DNA of 64,000 nt from NCBI GenBank assembly GCA_965216905.1, contig OZ244213.1, positions 2,048,699 through 2,112,698 of the forward strand. The letters run 5' to 3'. The DNA comes from Acidimicrobiia bacterium (lineage in GTDB: Bacteria > Actinomycetota > Acidimicrobiia > Spongiisociales > ZC4RG35). Under the pieces are notes generated by a model. The model had not been told where the DNA came from. It worked only from the letters and a program-made list of their open reading frames with translations, and ran no database searches. The position numbers were made by a program, and so were the translations under genes. Position 1 is the stretch's first letter; each line of letters begins with the position of its first letter. Shown here one piece after another: positions 37,701-47,154 of this stretch.

Positions 37701-38252
37701 GTGTCACGACAGTACACAACGATTGGTATTTGTGCCCCGACGGATGCGATGCTGGACCATCTGGCACCGATCGGGCTGGCGGCGGCCCTGGGGACGGCGC
37801 TGGTCGTCGACCTCCGGCTCGATCGTCCCGGATATGGGGCCGAGCTGACGGTCGCCGACCTGCTGCGAGACGGGGTGCGTCGCTCGCATCTCGGGCCCAC
37901 CCGGCGAGGGGTCGCCGTCCTCGGTGCTGCCGACGTTCCCGCCGACGAGGTCTGCGAGCTGGTCGGGCATCTGGAACAGGGTTGGCCGGGGGTGGTGGTC
38001 AGGACCGGTTGGCCCGCCCCGGTGTTTCCGATGGTCGAAGTCCACCCCGTCTTCCCCGCCGGGCCCTGGCCGGCCGTTCCGCATCCGGCCGTCTTTCAGC
38101 GAGTCCTGCCCGGACATCGCCCCGACGTCGACGGGGTGCTGCTACCGCGGCTCTCACGCGGGTGCGTGGCGGCGATGCTCGCGGGTCGTGTCCACCCACG
38201 ATGGCGCTGGATCCGAGCCTGGCGCGCCGTCTGGGAGCGGACGTGGGATTGA
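37701..38252 (+). CDS. Degenerate Ssd/CpaE-like protein heading the tad cluster
   Basis: APIGLAAALGTALVVDL; Rv3660c-like position; start uncertain. Confidence 0.55.
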   Translation: MSRQYTTIGICAPTDAMLDHLAPIGLAAALGTALVVDLRLDRPGYGAELTVADLLRDGVRRSHLGPTRRGVAVLGAADVPADEVCELVGHLEQGWPGVVVRTGWPAPVFPMVEVHPVFPAGPWPAVPHPAVFQRVLPGHRPDVDGVLLPRLSRGCVAAMLAGRVHPRWRWIRAWRAVWERTWD

Positions 38253-39274
38253 CCCGCCGGCTGGGTGAGATTCTCGTGCGATCCGGAGTGCCGATGGATC
38301 CGACCGCGCTCCGAACGGAACTGGAGCGGATCGCCGGCGAGGAAGCGCCTCTGGCGACCGACTCCGAGCTCCAGGACGTGATCGATGGCCTGGTGGGATT
38401 GGGTCCGCTCGAGCGACTCATCGCCGACCCCTCGGTCTCCGACGTCTTGGTCAACGGTCCCGATGAGGTGTGGGTCGAGCGCCACGGCCGCCTCAGTCGA
38501 TCGAACGTGTGCTTCGTCGACGATGCCGCGGTGGTTGCCGCCGTCGAACGCATGCTCACGCCGTTGGGTCTGCGGATCGACCGGGCTGCGCCGATGGTGG
38601 ATGCGCGCCTCCCGGACGGGAGCCGGCTCCACGCAGTCATCCCTCCGGCGGCCAACCCGCATCCGCTCGTCGCCATCCGGCGATTCACCGAGGCGGTCGG
38701 CACGCTGGAAGAGATGTGTCGCGCCGGAACGGTGACACGCCCGCAGGCTGAGACCCTCGAGGGTCTCGTGCGGAGGCGGGCGAACCTCATCGTGTCGGGC
38801 GGGACCGGTGCCGGAAAGACCACGTTGCTGAACGTGCTGTCTCGCTCCATCGGTGCCGACGAGCGCGTGGTGGTCATCGAGGATGCCGCCGAGCTCCGTC
38901 TGCGCGGCCACGTCGTTCGGCTGGAGGCGAGACCGGCGAACGCCGAGGGCGCCGGCGAGATCACGCTGACCCAGCTCCTGCGGGCGGCGCTGCGGCTCCG
39001 GCCCGATCGAATCGTGCTCGGCGAGGTCCGGGGCCCGGAGGCGTTCGACTTGGTTGGCGCGTTGAACACCGGCCACGCCGGCTCCATGTCGACGGTGCAC
39101 GCCAACGACCCGGAGCAGGCACTGTGGCGGCTCGAGACGTTGGCGTTGACGCATCCGACGGCGCTCTCGCCCGAAGGGATTCGGCGCCAGCTGGAATCGG
39201 CGGTCGAGGTGGTCGTTCAGATCGAGCGGCGAGAAGGACGTCGGGTGGTGGCAGAGATCTGGGACCGACGATGA
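38249..39274 (+). CDS. tadA: TadA/CpaF pilus assembly ATPase
   Basis: GLGPLE, DVLVNG, DARLPDGSR, Walker A GGTGAGKTT, LRLRPDRIVLGEVRG, NTGH.GS. Confidence 0.93.
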   Translation: MTRRLGEILVRSGVPMDPTALRTELERIAGEEAPLATDSELQDVIDGLVGLGPLERLIADPSVSDVLVNGPDEVWVERHGRLSRSNVCFVDDAAVVAAVERMLTPLGLRIDRAAPMVDARLPDGSRLHAVIPPAANPHPLVAIRRFTEAVGTLEEMCRAGTVTRPQAETLEGLVRRRANLIVSGGTGAGKTTLLNVLSRSIGADERVVVIEDAAELRLRGHVVRLEARPANAEGAGEITLTQLLRAALRLRPDRIVLGEVRGPEAFDLVGALNTGHAGSMSTVHANDPEQALWRLETLALTHPTALSPEGIRRQLESAVEVVVQIERREGRRVVAEIWDRR

Positions 39275-39936
39275 CGGTGACGGCGGTGTGTTTGCTGGGT
39301 CTGGGCCTCGGACGTCCGCCCCAGGAGGTGGTGGCGCTGGCCGCCGTGTGGTTCGCCCCGCTTCCCACCCTGGCGGTGCTGGCGGTGCTGTGGGTCCGCG
39401 CCCTTCGGCTCGATGCCGGACAAACCCGGTCGCAGACCGCATTGATCATGGTGAGGCTGGCATCCGAGCTGGCGGGCGGTTCGACCCTCAGAAGCGCACT
39501 CGTCGTGGTGCTGTCGGCTCGACCGAGTCACGCATCGGTGGTGCGACTGGCCGCGGCCGGCCGCCCGATGGACGAAGTCGGGGACGAGATGGAGCGTTGC
39601 TTCGGCCGCTACGGCCGGCTCGTGGGGGCGTCGGTCCGCCTGACGTCACGACTGGGGGGTTCCGCAGCGCCGGTGTTCGAGCATCTGGCGGCCCACGTCT
39701 TGGCGCTGGAGGAGGTAGCCCGCGAGCGACGGGCCGCGATCGCCCCCGGCATCCTGCAAGCGTCGATCGTGGGCGGAGTGCCGGTGGTGGCGCTGGGGGG
39801 AATGGTGGTGTCGGGTCGCTGGGTGGAGCTCGTGGCGGGTGGCGGGTTGTCGACCGTGGTGGTCGCAGTGGGAACGCTTCTCGTCGGAGCCGGTGTGGCG
39901 TGGGTGGGGTTGATCGTGTGGAGGTCTACCCGATGA
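39271..39936 (+). CDS. TadB-like (T2SS-F) membrane protein
   Basis: ATGA overlap; LASELAGG.TL..AL; position in cluster. Confidence 0.75.
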   Translation: MTVTAVCLLGLGLGRPPQEVVALAAVWFAPLPTLAVLAVLWVRALRLDAGQTRSQTALIMVRLASELAGGSTLRSALVVVLSARPSHASVVRLAAAGRPMDEVGDEMERCFGRYGRLVGASVRLTSRLGGSAAPVFEHLAAHVLALEEVARERRAAIAPGILQASIVGGVPVVALGGMVVSGRWVELVAGGGLSTVVVAVGTLLVGAGVAWVGLIVWRSTR

Positions 39937-40487
39937 CTGCGGTCTGGTGGCTCGTTGCCGGTACCGCAGCGTTCGGGATGCGTGGGGCGGCGGCGGTTGG
40001 CGCCATCGTGGTCATGCGCCGTGTCGCCCCCCGACGGAAGCGGCGATCCGAGCCGGTCGATCTGATGGATTTCGTCACACTGGCGACGGTGGCGGTGCGG
40101 GCCGGTCTGCCCTTGGGTGCCGCGCTCGCCCAGGCGGGTGCGGAGATCGGGGGCGAAGCCGGGAGCGCCGTAGAAGAGCTGCTCCGTCTCGCCCGGCTGA
40201 AAGGGCTGGCCATGGCGCTCGCCGAGACGTCGGGGCCACTGGGCTCGTTGGCCGCGCAACTGGCCCGCGCTCAGGTGACCGGCTCGTCGGTGGCCGCCGC
40301 ACTCGAGGCACACCTGGCGACGATTCGTGCCGACGAGCGGGCCCGCCTGTCCGAGCGAGCTCGAACGCTCCCGATCCGTCTCATTCTGCCGGTCAGCCTG
40401 CTGCTCCTGCCCGGCTTCATCGCCCTGGTTCTCGGCCCCGTGATTCTCGAGCAGCTGGCTGGACTGAATGGTGTCACCGGCCCATGA
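39933..40487 (+). CDS. TadC-like (T2SS-F) membrane protein
   Basis: AGLPL..AL; ERARTLPIRLILPVSLLLLPGFI. Confidence 0.8.
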   Translation: MTAVWWLVAGTAAFGMRGAAAVGAIVVMRRVAPRRKRRSEPVDLMDFVTLATVAVRAGLPLGAALAQAGAEIGGEAGSAVEELLRLARLKGLAMALAETSGPLGSLAAQLARAQVTGSSVAAALEAHLATIRADERARLSERARTLPIRLILPVSLLLLPGFIALVLGPVILEQLAGLNGVTGP

Positions 40488-40543
40488 GAGACCGCACTTC
40501 TCCCCGCCACCGACCGGATGTCGGCAGACAGAGAGGAGGAAAC

Positions 40544-40759
40544 GTGAGACGAGCCTTTGCATGGATCGTGTCCCGGTCCGGCCGGGACGAGCGCGGTCAG
40601 GGGACCGTCGAGTACGTGCTCGTGATGCTCGCCGTCACCGCGGTGGCGGTGGTGTTGATCAGCTGGGCGAAGAGCGGGTCGGGCAAGAGTGCCCTGTCCG
40701 GGTTCTTCGACAACGTGATCGGCTGGGTGGCGAGCGCTGCTCGCAAGTTCAAGCCCTGA
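40544..40759 (+). CDS. Flp-type pilin (DUF4244-like)
   Basis: RBS GAGGAGG; DERG/QGTVEYVLV prepilin motif. Confidence 0.85.
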   Translation: MRRAFAWIVSRSGRDERGQGTVEYVLVMLAVTAVAVVLISWAKSGSGKSALSGFFDNVIGWVASAARKFKP

Positions 40760-40760
40760 C

Positions 40761-41114
40761 ATGGAGGAGCGGGGCTCGATGAGCATCGAAACGGTGCTGG
40801 TCCTCCCGCTCGTGCTGCTGGTGTTGGTGGCGGTGATCGAAGTGGTCGCCGCCATCGGCACCCAGCTCGAGCTGACGGCTGCGGCCCGGGAGTCGGTTCG
40901 GGTGGCCGCCACCGTGCCCGACCCGGCCCGAGCCGCCGGGACCGCACGAAGCCTGCTGGGCGGAGTGCCGGCGAGAGTGTCGGTTCGGCGTCCGTCGGTC
41001 GTCGGGCAGCCGGCCAGCGTGACGATCACCTATGACAAACCGCTGGTGACTCCGCTCCTCGGAGGGTTGCGAGTGCCATTGCGCGGCCACGCGGTGATGG
41101 CGGTCGAGCGATGA
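40761..41114 (+). CDS. TadE-like pseudopilin
   Basis: ERGSMSIETVLVLP...AARESVR. Confidence 0.85.
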   Translation: MEERGSMSIETVLVLPLVLLVLVAVIEVVAAIGTQLELTAAARESVRVAATVPDPARAAGTARSLLGGVPARVSVRRPSVVGQPASVTITYDKPLVTPLLGGLRVPLRGHAVMAVER

Positions 41115-41503
41115 TGAACGACCAGCGAGGCTCGATGTCCGTCATGGCGATGGCGATGTTGGTCGTCGTGGTCATCGCCGGCCTGCTGGCCGTCGATGGT
41201 GTCCGCTTGGTGGGTGCTCGGATGCAGGCACAGACCGCCGCCGATGCGGCAGCGCTGGCCGCCGCACCCCAGACGTTCGATCCGCAGGGGACCGGTGAAC
41301 TCCCGCGGCGCGTTGCCGATCGCATCGCCGGGGCAAACGGAGCGAAGTTGATCACGTGCACGTGTCCCTTCGATCTGATTTGGCGACCTCGACTGGTTCA
41401 TGTCGAGGTCGCGTCGGATGTCGCCACCGGGCCGCTCGGCGTGTCGAGGGTTCGGGCGCGCGCCACCGCCGAGTTCGACCCGACCGTCTGGCTCGAGCCC
41501 TGA
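41111..41503 (+). CDS. TadE/TadG-like pseudopilin (Rv3654c-like)
   Basis: DQRGS...AQTAADAAALAAA...A.ANGA.L..C. Confidence 0.85.
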   Translation: MMNDQRGSMSVMAMAMLVVVVIAGLLAVDGVRLVGARMQAQTAADAAALAAAPQTFDPQGTGELPRRVADRIAGANGAKLITCTCPFDLIWRPRLVHVEVASDVATGPLGVSRVRARATAEFDPTVWLEP

Positions 41504-41587
41504 CGGCGACCACCGATCGGGCCCACCGATCGACCTCCGCCAACCGGCCGTCACCGGTCGGCGAATGGGCGGGCGTATCGTGGGGCG

Positions 41588-42070
41588 ATGTCGACGATGA
41601 CCACCCGGGCAACGGTTGCCCTGGATCAGGCGGGCATCAGCTACGACCTCCACCCGTATGACCTTGGTCGAGGAGCTGATGCGGACAGCTACGGCGAGGC
41701 GGTCGCGTCGGTGCTGGGCGTCGACCCTGACCGCCTCTTCAAGACCCTGGTCTTCGATGTCGACGGTGAGGCGACCATTGCGATCGCGTCGGTCGGCAGT
41801 CGGGTGTCCACCAAGAAGCTGGCCCAGGCGGTGGGTGGAAAGCGGGCCGAGATGGTTGCGCCCGACTACGCCGAACGACTGACCGGATACGTGACCGGCG
41901 GGATCAGCCCATTCGGCCAGCGGAGAACGCTGCGAGCGGTGGTCGACGAGATGGTCACCGTCCACGATCGAGTCTTCGTCAGTGGGGGACGGCGCGGACT
42001 CCAGATCGAACTCGACCCGATCGATCTCATCGACCTGGTGGATGCCTCCATCGCCGACATCACCGCGTAG
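41588..42070 (+). CDS. ybaK: Cys-tRNA(Pro) deacylase YbaK
   Basis: FKTLV, TGYVTGGISPFGQ, VSGGRRGLQIEL. Confidence 0.92.
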   Translation: MSTMTTRATVALDQAGISYDLHPYDLGRGADADSYGEAVASVLGVDPDRLFKTLVFDVDGEATIAIASVGSRVSTKKLAQAVGGKRAEMVAPDYAERLTGYVTGGISPFGQRRTLRAVVDEMVTVHDRVFVSGGRRGLQIELDPIDLIDLVDASIADITA

Positions 42071-42075
42071 AACCC

Positions 42076-42113
42076 GAAACACACTGTTCACAAAAGGGCA
42101 ACGACGGCGAAAC
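42076..42113 (+). promoter_or_regulatory. Putative GlnR-type box array upstream of glnII
   Basis: GAAAC-n6-TTCAC-n6-GCAAC-n6-GAAAC, 11-bp periodicity. Confidence 0.7.
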
Positions 42114-42160
42114 GGCCAGGTGTCATGGTGATGCCGACATCCCACCCCAGGAGGATCGAC

Positions 42161-43168
42161 ATGCCATATCGCGCCGAGTACATATGGATCGATGGATCCG
42201 AGCCCACCCAGCGACTCCGGTCCAAGACCAGGATCGTCTCATCCGGCGAGGAACCGCCCATCTGGGGCTTCGACGGCTCGTCCACCAACCAGGCCCCCGG
42301 CAACCAGTCCGACTGTGTGCTGCAACCCGCCAAGATCGTTCCTGACCCCATCCGTGGCGGTGACGACGTCCTCGTGCTGTGTGAGGTTCTCACGGTGGAG
42401 ATGGAGGCTCACCCCTCCAACACCCGGGCGCGTTGCGTCGAAATCGCGGACCGATACGCCGATCACGACGCGTGGTTCGGGATCGAGCAGGAGTACACGT
42501 TCTTCAAGGAAGGTCGACCGTTCGGTTTCCCGGTCGGCGGATACCCAGCTCCGCAGGGCGGGTACTACTGCGGTGTGGGTTTCGACGAGATCTTCGGCCG
42601 CGACGTGGTCGAAGACCACACGAAGGCGTGCATCGAGGCCGGCCTCAGTATCTCCGGAACGAACGCCGAGGTCATGATCGGACAGTGGGAGTTCCAGATC
42701 GGCCCGCTCGGACCGGTCGAGGTCGCCGACGAGGTATGGCTGGCTCGCTGGCTGCTCTATCGGGTCGCCGAGGATCATGGGGTCAGCGCTCACCTCGATC
42801 CAAAGCCGGTGAAGGGCGACTGGAACGGGGCCGGTGCGCACACCAACTTCTCCACCAAGGAGATGCGCGAAGACTACGACGCGGTCGTCGCCGCCGCCGA
42901 AGCCTTGGGCAAGCGGCACGATCTCCACATCGAGAACTATGGCGCCGAGATCGAGCATCGGCTGACCGGGCTGCACGAGACGGCGCCGTGGACCCACTAT
43001 TCCTATGGCGTCTCCGACCGGGGCGCGTCGGTCCGGATTCCCTGGCAGGTCGCCCGCGACGGCAAGGGCTACATCGAGGACCGCCGGCCGAACGCCAACA
43101 TGGACCCCTATGTGGTGGCCGGTCTGATCACCGAGACCGTCTGCGGGAGCGCCGACGGAGATCTCTGA
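42161..43168 (+). CDS. glnII: Glutamine synthetase type II
   Basis: RBS AGGAGG; AEYIWIDG, WGFDGSST, GIEQEY, GQWEFQ, DWNGAGAH, EDRRP. Confidence 0.96.
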   Translation: MPYRAEYIWIDGSEPTQRLRSKTRIVSSGEEPPIWGFDGSSTNQAPGNQSDCVLQPAKIVPDPIRGGDDVLVLCEVLTVEMEAHPSNTRARCVEIADRYADHDAWFGIEQEYTFFKEGRPFGFPVGGYPAPQGGYYCGVGFDEIFGRDVVEDHTKACIEAGLSISGTNAEVMIGQWEFQIGPLGPVEVADEVWLARWLLYRVAEDHGVSAHLDPKPVKGDWNGAGAHTNFSTKEMREDYDAVVAAAEALGKRHDLHIENYGAEIEHRLTGLHETAPWTHYSYGVSDRGASVRIPWQVARDGKGYIEDRRPNANMDPYVVAGLITETVCGSADGDL

Positions 43169-43257
43169 CCGGTCCCGAGCTGGCGGCCATGGGTCGCTGT
43201 GTGTCGAATTGGGTGGCGCGTACGCCGCCGACGGAGATCTCTGACCGGTCCCGAGCT
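43150..43257 (+). repeat. 32-bp direct repeat of the glnII 3' end, 44-bp spacer
   Basis: CGCCGACGGAGATCTCTGACCGGTCCCGAGCT at 43150-43181 and 43226-43257. Confidence 0.9.
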
Positions 43258-43302
43258 CGCGGTGGCGGGGTGGGTGTCACCTGGGTCCCACCCGCCGCCG
43301 CG
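43258..43302. terminator. Imperfect GC-rich hairpin between convergent genes
   Basis: CGCGGTGGCGGGGTGGG ... CCCACCCGCCGCCGCG. Confidence 0.55.
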
Positions 43303-43303
43303 T

Positions 43304-43912
43304 TCAGGGCTCGAGGCCGAGCTCCCGTTCGAGGCGAGCAACGCGTTGCTCCAGGGACGCCAGTCGTTCCTCGTGCTCGATCGAATCCGGTGCCGCAGCC
43401 ACCGCATGCGGGACAGGTTCGTCGGTAGCGAGCAGGGTGCGGTAGCGATGCTCCTTGCGTCCCGGCTCGCGTTCGAGCCGCTGGATGAGGGGCACGTCGC
43501 GCACGATCAAGTCGGTCAGCACCGCCTCGACGGCGGCGACATCCTCGAACGTCACGTAGCGATCGGTCCGGCCCCGAAGCTCGCCGGGGGTCTGGGGACC
43601 GCGGAGCAGGAGCACTGCGAGCAGGGCGGTCTGCTCGGCGTCGACCTCGAGGATGTCCTCGGTCTTGTGGACATACTTGAGTGTGCGTGCGCCCGGGCTT
43701 CGCGTGAAGCGCGACAGGCCCCGCTCGTTCAGGTCGCCGAGCGCGGCCTCCACACGTTCCTCGTCGAGGGTCATGACGGGGTCGCGGTTGGTCTTCTGGT
43801 TGCAGGCGGCGATGAGCGCGTTGACGGTCATCGGGTAGTAGTCCGGGGTGGTCATCTGTTTCTCGATGAGGCATCCCAAGACCCGAGCCTGATCCGGTGT
43901 CAGCGGTTCCAC
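43304..43912 (-). CDS. YceH/DUF480 family protein
   Basis: RVLGCLIEKQMTTPDYYP, ACNQK.NRDP, LLRGPQTPGELR.R. Confidence 0.92.
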   Translation of the reverse strand: MEPLTPDQARVLGCLIEKQMTTPDYYPMTVNALIAACNQKTNRDPVMTLDEERVEAALGDLNERGLSRFTRSPGARTLKYVHKTEDILEVDAEQTALLAVLLLRGPQTPGELRGRTDRYVTFEDVAAVEAVLTDLIVRDVPLIQRLEREPGRKEHRYRTLLATDEPVPHAVAAAPDSIEHEERLASLEQRVARLERELGLEP

Positions 43913-43943
43913 GAGGTCGGATCGTAGGGCGGACGAATCCGCC

Positions 43944-46223
43944 TCACACGTCGGCCAGGATGGACTCGAGCAGTCGGGCCGCGCCGTCCTTGTCGAGCGG
44001 GTCGTTCAGGTTTCCGCATTTGGGACTCTGAACGCAGCTCGGACAACCGTCCCGGCAGTCGCAGCCAACGATCGCCTCCCAGGTGGCGCGTAGGTGATCG
44101 ACCCCGGCCCGGTAGGCGATCGGTGAGACTCCGGCGCCCCCCGGATATGCCTCGTAGATGTAGATCGTCGCCTGGCCCGTCGAAGCGTGCCAGGCGGTCG
44201 ACAGCCCTCCGATGTCCCACCGATCGCAGATCGCCATCAGCGGCATCATCCCGATTCCGGCGTGCTCGGCCGCGTGCAGTGCTCCCGGGAGGGCTCGGTG
44301 GTCGACGGTGGAGTCGTCGATGAGATCCGAGGGGAGCGTGAACCAGATGCCCTCGGTCTCGAATGTCGTGGTGGGCAGATCGAGTTCGATCGTGTCGAGA
44401 ACCTCTCGGGAGCCGAGCCGGCGCCGCTGGTAGCCGACCACGGTCGTTTCGACCCGTACCCGGCCGTGATGATGTCCGGCGCGACCGATGAACCCGCCCT
44501 CGATGAGATCGACGACGGTCAGTTGTTTGTCGACCTTGGGCTGGGTGTAGTAGTCGATCGTCGCCGGCTCGACCCGCACTTCCCGCCTGCCGATGTCGAG
44601 TTCTGTCACGAGGTAGGTCTCCCCCTGATGAAGGTAGATGGCACCCGGGTGCCCGTCCCGGAAGGCACGAGCCTCGTCCAGGGTTCCGACCGCGCCATCT
44701 GGTCCGACGATCGGATAGGTCGGGCCTCCGCTGGACCGGATGTCGACCATCGGCGCCGGCCGGTTCCGGCGCGACCAGTACAACCCTCCCTCCTTCAGCC
44801 GCAGGTGACCCTGCTGGACCAGCCGGTTGGCGGCCTCCTCGATCGTCTCGCCGAGCAGGGCGCGGTCCTCCAGTCGAAGCGGCAGTTCGTAGGCGGCGCA
44901 GGCCGCGTGTGCTTCCGCTACCAGCGGGTTCGCCGGGTTGATCACGGCCGCTTCGGGCGGGCGGGAGAACAGCTCGTCGGGATGAGATACGAAGTACTGA
45001 TCGAGGGCGTCCTCTCCGGCCACGAGGGTGACGAGCGAGGCCTCCCGTCGACGTCCGGCCCGTCCGGCTTGTTGTCGGAAGGAACTGATCGTGCCGGGGA
45101 AAGTGGTGATGACGGCTGCGTCGAGGCTCCCGACGTCGATGCCGAGCTCCAAGGCGTTGGTGGCGACCACACCGCCCAACTCGCCGCTGAAGAGGCGCGA
45201 CTCGATCCGACGACGTTGCTCGGGCAGGTACCCCGCTCGGTAGGGGGCGACGCGATCTGCTCCCAGGCGGTCGGACGCCCATCGGTACATCAATTCGGTG
45301 GCCCGGCGGCTCCGGGTGAACGCGATGGTGTTCAGATCGGCGGCGACGAGATCGGTCAACCGTTCGGTCGCATCGGTGAGCGATGACCGTCGCCGATGCT
45401 GGAACTCGTCGACGACCGGGGGGTTCCACACCGCCAACCACTGTTCGCCTCGCGGTGAGCCATCGTCGTGAACCACGGACACCGGTGCGCCACACAGTGA
45501 AGATGCCAGCTGTTCAGGGTTCCCGATCGTCGCCGAGCCGAAGACGAAGGTGGGGTCGGCTCCGTAGTGGGATGCGAGCCGTCGCAATCGGCGGAGGATC
45601 ATTGCCACGTGCGTACCGAAGATGCCGCGCAGTGTGTGCATTTCGTCGACGACCACCATCTCGAGCCGGTGGAGGAAGTCGGCCCATTGGCCGTGGCTGG
45701 GGAGGATGCCGACATGCAGCATGTCCGGATTGGTCAGCACGACGTTCGCCGTGCGGCGGATGCGGGCTCGATCGGGTGTCGGCGTGTCGCCGTCGTAGGT
45801 GGCGGCCTTGACGTCGGGGATCCCCAGGTCCGTGAAGCTCCGGAGTTGGTCTCGGGCGAGCGCTTTGGTCGGGTACAGCAGCAGCGCGCCGGCCTTGTCG
45901 CCGGCGAGGCACCGCTCCACGATCGGTGCCTGATAGCACAGTGTCTTGCCGGCCGATGTTCCGGCCACGACCACGGTGTTCCGGCCTTCGCGCACGGAGC
46001 GGATGCCGGCGACCTGGTGCCGATACAGCGACTCGATGCCGCGTTCGCGCAACCGGGCGGCCAACAACGGATGGAGGGGAGGCTCGAGTGCCGCATACCG
46101 GGGATCGCGAGCGGGGGTGTGTTCGACGTGCATGAGCCCGGCATCGCCCGAGGCGCCGTCCTGATGGTGTTCCCAGGCGGACAGGACCCTCGCGATCAAC
46201 TCCTCGGTGGAGTCGCTCGGCAT
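43944..46223 (-). CDS. DUF1998-containing DEAD/DEAH-box helicase (SftH/MrfA/Hrq1 family)
   Basis: GTSAGKT, DEMH, SAT, ALELGID, QQAGRAGR, LHAAEH, C-terminal CDCRDGCPSCVQSPKC. Confidence 0.94.
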   Translation of the reverse strand: MPSDSTEELIARVLSAWEHHQDGASGDAGLMHVEHTPARDPRYAALEPPLHPLLAARLRERGIESLYRHQVAGIRSVREGRNTVVVAGTSAGKTLCYQAPIVERCLAGDKAGALLLYPTKALARDQLRSFTDLGIPDVKAATYDGDTPTPDRARIRRTANVVLTNPDMLHVGILPSHGQWADFLHRLEMVVVDEMHTLRGIFGTHVAMILRRLRRLASHYGADPTFVFGSATIGNPEQLASSLCGAPVSVVHDDGSPRGEQWLAVWNPPVVDEFQHRRRSSLTDATERLTDLVAADLNTIAFTRSRRATELMYRWASDRLGADRVAPYRAGYLPEQRRRIESRLFSGELGGVVATNALELGIDVGSLDAAVITTFPGTISSFRQQAGRAGRRREASLVTLVAGEDALDQYFVSHPDELFSRPPEAAVINPANPLVAEAHAACAAYELPLRLEDRALLGETIEEAANRLVQQGHLRLKEGGLYWSRRNRPAPMVDIRSSGGPTYPIVGPDGAVGTLDEARAFRDGHPGAIYLHQGETYLVTELDIGRREVRVEPATIDYYTQPKVDKQLTVVDLIEGGFIGRAGHHHGRVRVETTVVGYQRRRLGSREVLDTIELDLPTTTFETEGIWFTLPSDLIDDSTVDHRALPGALHAAEHAGIGMMPLMAICDRWDIGGLSTAWHASTGQATIYIYEAYPGGAGVSPIAYRAGVDHLRATWEAIVGCDCRDGCPSCVQSPKCGNLNDPLDKDGAARLLESILADV

Positions 46224-46242
46224 CGACTCGGGCCTCCCGGTG

Positions 46243-47154
46243 TCAGGTCGGCGGGCGGAGGGTCTCGGCGTCGAGGTCGCACAGCCCCGACGAGGAGGGG
46301 TTGATCTGAATCCCGCAGCCCGGCGCCAACCCATCGATGGCGTCCCGACCGCTCATGGATGGCCCTGCCCGGTCGTGCCGGACATGGTCGGGGTGCGAGA
46401 ACACGAACAACCGGTTGGCGAGGAGCGGCCCGGGGAGGATCGTGCTCCGCTCCAGGACGTCGACCACGTCGGCGTGCGTTGCCCACCCGGTCGCCGCCCG
46501 CTGGCATACGTCGTCCAGCGGGTCGGTGGGCTCGGGAAAACCCTTCGCCGCCGGTGTGGGGCGGTATCGGTCGTTGAACACGAATCCACCCTCGACGATC
46601 GAGCCCTGCTCATCGACGGGGTATGCCCCGATGATGCCCTCCGGTGGCACGGCGCCCGCCGGGTCGAAACCCGGGTCGATGGCATACAGATGCGCTCCGG
46701 GCATCGCGGTGGCCTGCTTCCGCATCTCCTCGGTGATGTGTGGTGGTCGTCTTCGTGCCGATCGCAGCAGCCGTCGTGCGGCGCTCGCTTGCGCGTCATA
46801 GGTCGTCACCGACTCGGGATCGGTGGGTGCCAATGTGGGAACGACCTGTTCCGGCAGAAAACCGTCCAGCACGTACACCCGGAGGCCGTCGCCCATGTCG
46901 CGCGCCATCCCGCTCGGCCAGCGGTCGGGTCGCGCGCCCTCGACGGCCACCAGCCATCCGAGCTCCTCCAATCGGCGGCGCACCTGTGTCAGCGCTCCAA
47001 AGGCGTCGGAACCGGAGCCGGTGATCGCCCCGCCGGGCGCGTCGACCTCGATGTCGTATGAATCGCCACCATCGTCGGTCCGGCCGTGCCGGGCCGTGGT
47101 CTCCAGATGAGTACGGTCCTCGATTCGAACCAGGGTGATGGGGATCTGGGTCAT
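46243..47154 (-). CDS. Putative immunity / T7SS-associated protein (multi-domain, SseB-like C-terminus)
   Basis: ATGA overlap with toxin stop; DAFGAL...GARPDRWPSGMARDMG; YAIDPGFDP.G.VPPE.IIGA..VD...N..YRP. Confidence 0.7.
   Translation of the reverse strand: MTQIPITLVRIEDRTHLETTARHGRTDDGGDSYDIEVDAPGGAITGSGSDAFGALTQVRRRLEELGWLVAVEGARPDRWPSGMARDMGDGLRVYVLDGFLPEQVVPTLAPTDPESVTTYDAQASAARRLLRSARRRPPHITEEMRKQATAMPGAHLYAIDPGFDPAGAVPPEGIIGAYPVDEQGSIVEGGFVFNDRYRPTPAAKGFPEPTDPLDDVCQRAATGWATHADVVDVLERSTILPGPLLANRLFVFSHPDHVRHDRAGPSMSGRDAIDGLAPGCGIQINPSSSGLCDLDAETLRPPT

Noticed and set aside
43150-43257. Mini-CRISPR (32-bp repeat, 44-bp spacer)
   Set aside because: Only two copies, the first lies in the glnII coding end, and there are no cas genes or leader
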